Made by a program: the position numbers and the translations under genes. From the NCBI RefSeq assembly GCF_004010195.1, contig NC_057753.1, forward strand, positions 1,066,330 through 1,130,329: a stretch of 64,000 nt of DNA. Direction: 5' to 3'. Below the pieces are notes generated by a model. That model ran no database searches. It was not told the origin of the DNA and saw only the letters and a program-made list of their open reading frames with translations. The DNA comes from Chiloscyllium plagiosum (taxonomy: Eukaryota). Each line of letters begins with the position of its first letter. Position 1 is the stretch's first letter. Shown here one piece after another: positions 61,251 through 64,000 of this stretch.

Positions 61251-62260
61251 ATGATTAAGAAGATTTTTCTCCATACCATTACTAAATTTCTTCCGTTCAC
61301 ACCCTTAACACCGTATCAGTCCCAGTCTATGTTTGGAAAGATAAAATCCCCAACTCTTCCAATCTTTCATTCCTACAGCTATGCGTGCTCCGCAATTTCC
61401 CGCTGACTATTGGGATTTTTATGATACAATCCCATCAACGTGACCAAACCCTTCTTATTTCTCAGCACCATCCATATAGTTTTAATGGACATGCGACAGA
61501 AATATCGTCTCTAAGTATCACTGTTATATTTCCCTAATCAAAAATGCCATCATTCATTTCTTGCCTCCCCTTCCATCCTTCCATCAAAAGCTATTCCCTG
61601 GAACATTGAACTGTCAGCCGTGTCCCACCCTCCTTATTTCTCAAGCATCAATCTATATCTGCGTTTAAAATACTCGAATCTGTTACCGTTGTCTTCTAAG
61701 GAATAAACTGCTCCAAATGATGAAGATATTCCTGAAAAAACGCCTTCATTTGTATTTTTAACACTGACCCCGCATTCAATGTCCTCCCAGAAATGGAAAC
61801 ACAATTTTCTCAACCAATCTATAGCAACCATTTATGATGTTGTATTTAAGTTCAATTCACCTCGTACCCTTCTAAAGTTCAGGTCGAGCCTGTCCAAGCG
61901 GCCCTCATAAGGCAATCGATCCATTCCATTTATTCGTTGATTAAACCTTCCCTGAACTGTCTCTGTAAGGTCGGTTTTATAGTATTCCAGATGTTGCCTC
62001 ACTAGTGTCTTTATTACTGAACAACAATTTCTCTTGTTTTGGAAACTACAGGTCTTGCAGTGAATGTTCACATTTTATGAACTTTCCTAAATTTTATTTA
62101 CGGGCATAATCTGATTCGTGCGCTAGGACTCACACATTTCTCTGTTTTTCAGAGAAGTTGAAAAACTTAACACATAGAATGTAATGCTTCCTTTTTATTC
62201 TTCCTGACAAATTAGATAATTTCACGTTTTCCCTTTTCATACTCCGTTTTGCAAAGGTTT
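61251..62260 (-). mobile_element. Highly degenerate CR1 fragments
   Basis: KTLVRQHLEYY..LPYEGRLDRLDL on the minus strand; endonuclease-like remnant at 61300-61620. Confidence 0.6.
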
Positions 62261-63384
62261 GGCCTCTCGTGATCTATCTACGCCCATTACCGATTCTTTT
62301 TTCAATATTATATTCTTCATTTGGAGCAGTTTATTCTTTAAAAGGCAACGGATTGCAGTCTTCGAGTACTTTGAACGCAGAGGTAAGGAGCTGAAGAGTT
62401 ATCGTGAATGGCAGGAATATACAGTTGTTCGACCAGCCACAAGTTACTGAATTACACAGCAATCTCGTGGAACCGAGTGATTTACCATTGTTTCCTTATT
62501 CAAATACATGACATTTACTTAAAAGACTGCATTAGTTTGAAATACTTTCTTGATTCGATGCAATATATTTACGTAAATGGCTTGACGTTTGAGCAATGCA
62601 ATAATTATGGTGAAGTGTTTTTTAGAAGCCCGTTTCTTTAGCATTTTGCGATTTAAACTCAGCACTAAATGAGTTTTCTTGGAAGAAGGATTTAATATTG
62701 GTGCTATAATCTGTCCAAATTCAAGGAAGAAAAACAACGCAAATGATCTTGCAATCTCGGTGTCCCCATGGATCTCACAATGGGTATTAGTATAGCAGCA
62801 CTGGGAATGTATTTTTGCAAATACTTAATCACAGTGATTGCCTGTTAACAAAAAGGATGAATCATCTCACAGAGAAAATGTTGGTAACATATTATACAAT
62901 TGCAAAGATATACTACACGATGCTTGCAGTCAATGGCATTCCTGGTAGGTTTCTATCATTATTCAAGATCTGTAAATTTGTTTTTACCTGCAATTGCAAA
63001 TACTGCACGCTGAATCATTATTGACTGTCATAGATTACATTGCAATTTCTAAAATTCTGTTCATAAATATCCCTGTGTTATATTTCATATTCTTATTTGA
63101 AAATAAACCCTCCTTTATGAATTGAATAATCAGGCAAGTCAATTTAATGCAAAACCATATGTTGCTGAATAAGACTTTCACGAAGACAAATTTCTAATGG
63201 AATGTCCTAGCGGGTGGGATTTGATCGTCCTATTATGGTAAATGGCAATCACTAACTTGCTTGGAAGCCCTTTCTCCATTGACAATGCATTGACCAGAGT
63301 AAATATTCATTGGAAAATTGCAGAAATTGTATGATATCGAATAGAGTCATATCCCGACCTCATTGCCTTGTCAGTGCTGCATGA

Positions 63385-63670
63385 CATAGAACATCGAACA
63401 TTACAGCACAACACAGGGCATTCGGGCCTCGAAGTTACGCCAACCTGTGGAACCAATCTGAAGCCAATCTTACCCTACACTATTCCGTTTTCATGCATAT
63501 GTTTACCCAATGACCATTTAAAAGCCCTTAAATTTGGCGAGTCTACTATTGTTTCAGGAAGTACGTTCCATGCCCCTGCTACTCTCTGAGTAAAGAATCT
63601 ACCTCGAATGTCTGTTCTATATTTCTCACCCCTCAATTTAAAACTATGTCCCCTCGTGCTAGCGGTTAAA
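63385..63670 (-). mobile_element. CR1 3' end fragment
   Basis: TRGHSFKLRGEKYRTDIRGRFFTQRVAGAWNVLPE followed by the 3' UTR. Confidence 0.92.
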
Positions 63671-64000
63671 CTGAGCATTGGTTACTTACTGGCTGAAATA
63701 ATTTTATCTGGTGACCATATACCACTGGGAGTATCTGTCACTGTAAAAGTGGATTATTAACTGAAGAAAAAACAACTGGTGGCTTTGAAGATGTATTGGC
63801 AATTGCATTGACCATTGAAGAATTGAACTTTCGGAGTGGAAGAGGCCGGTTTAGTTCATAATAAAACTGAACTGACAGTCCCGAACCCAGACTGCATACG
63901 TTCCTGGTGTTAACTTTCACGGAATCCGTGGAGAAGGAGAGTGCGGTTTGTGTGGAGTCCAAGGCGAGGATGGTGGCGGGAAGGTTGGCCTGACATTTGT

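Noticed and set aside
63690..64000. Minus-strand 51-nt candidate exon (63690-63740, ttttacag|...|gtaagt) and an upstream open frame (KCQANLPATIL...) at the window edge
   Set aside because: The splice phases of the two pieces do not agree and no family is recognisable. It may belong to a gene beyond the window but cannot be supported here.
1..64000. CRISPR arrays, operons, rRNA, or immunoglobulin/TCR segments with recombination signal sequences
   Set aside because: The sequence is vertebrate, with no regularly spaced repeat-spacer array, and I saw no heptamer-spacer-nonamer pair next to a V/J-like ORF.

Overview
Eukaryotic, repeat-rich DNA from a cartilaginous fish, most likely a shark. This is inferred from HE1-type tRNA-derived SINEs that share 3' ends with CR1/HER1-type LINEs, and from a shark-style GPR139-like gene. 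Two host genes lie on the + strand. The first is an intact 342-aa P2Y/LPA6-like class A GPCR (8265-9293) with a candidate TATA/CRE promoter near 5.2-5.3 kb and two non-coding 5' exons; it has substitutions at three near-universal class A positions (D2.50N, C3.25S, DRY->DQY). The second is a two-exon, 323-aa GPR139-like GPCR (41138-41207 + 47106-48007). Most of the rest is transposon debris: many CR1 LINEs, HE1 SINEs, several Penelope-like elements carrying minimal hammerhead-ribozyme motifs (two with intact cores), and a degenerate Gmr1-like Gypsy element (SCAN-like gag, integrase before RT) with nested insertions. Other structure includes a dispersed duplicate of the GPCR upstream region cut off just before its TATA box by a CR1 insertion, several tandem duplications, and a cluster of immune transcription-factor motifs at 25.9-26.4 kb. 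No CRISPR array, rRNA or bona fide tRNA gene was seen. All calls are from reading by eye, and most repeat boundaries are approximate.
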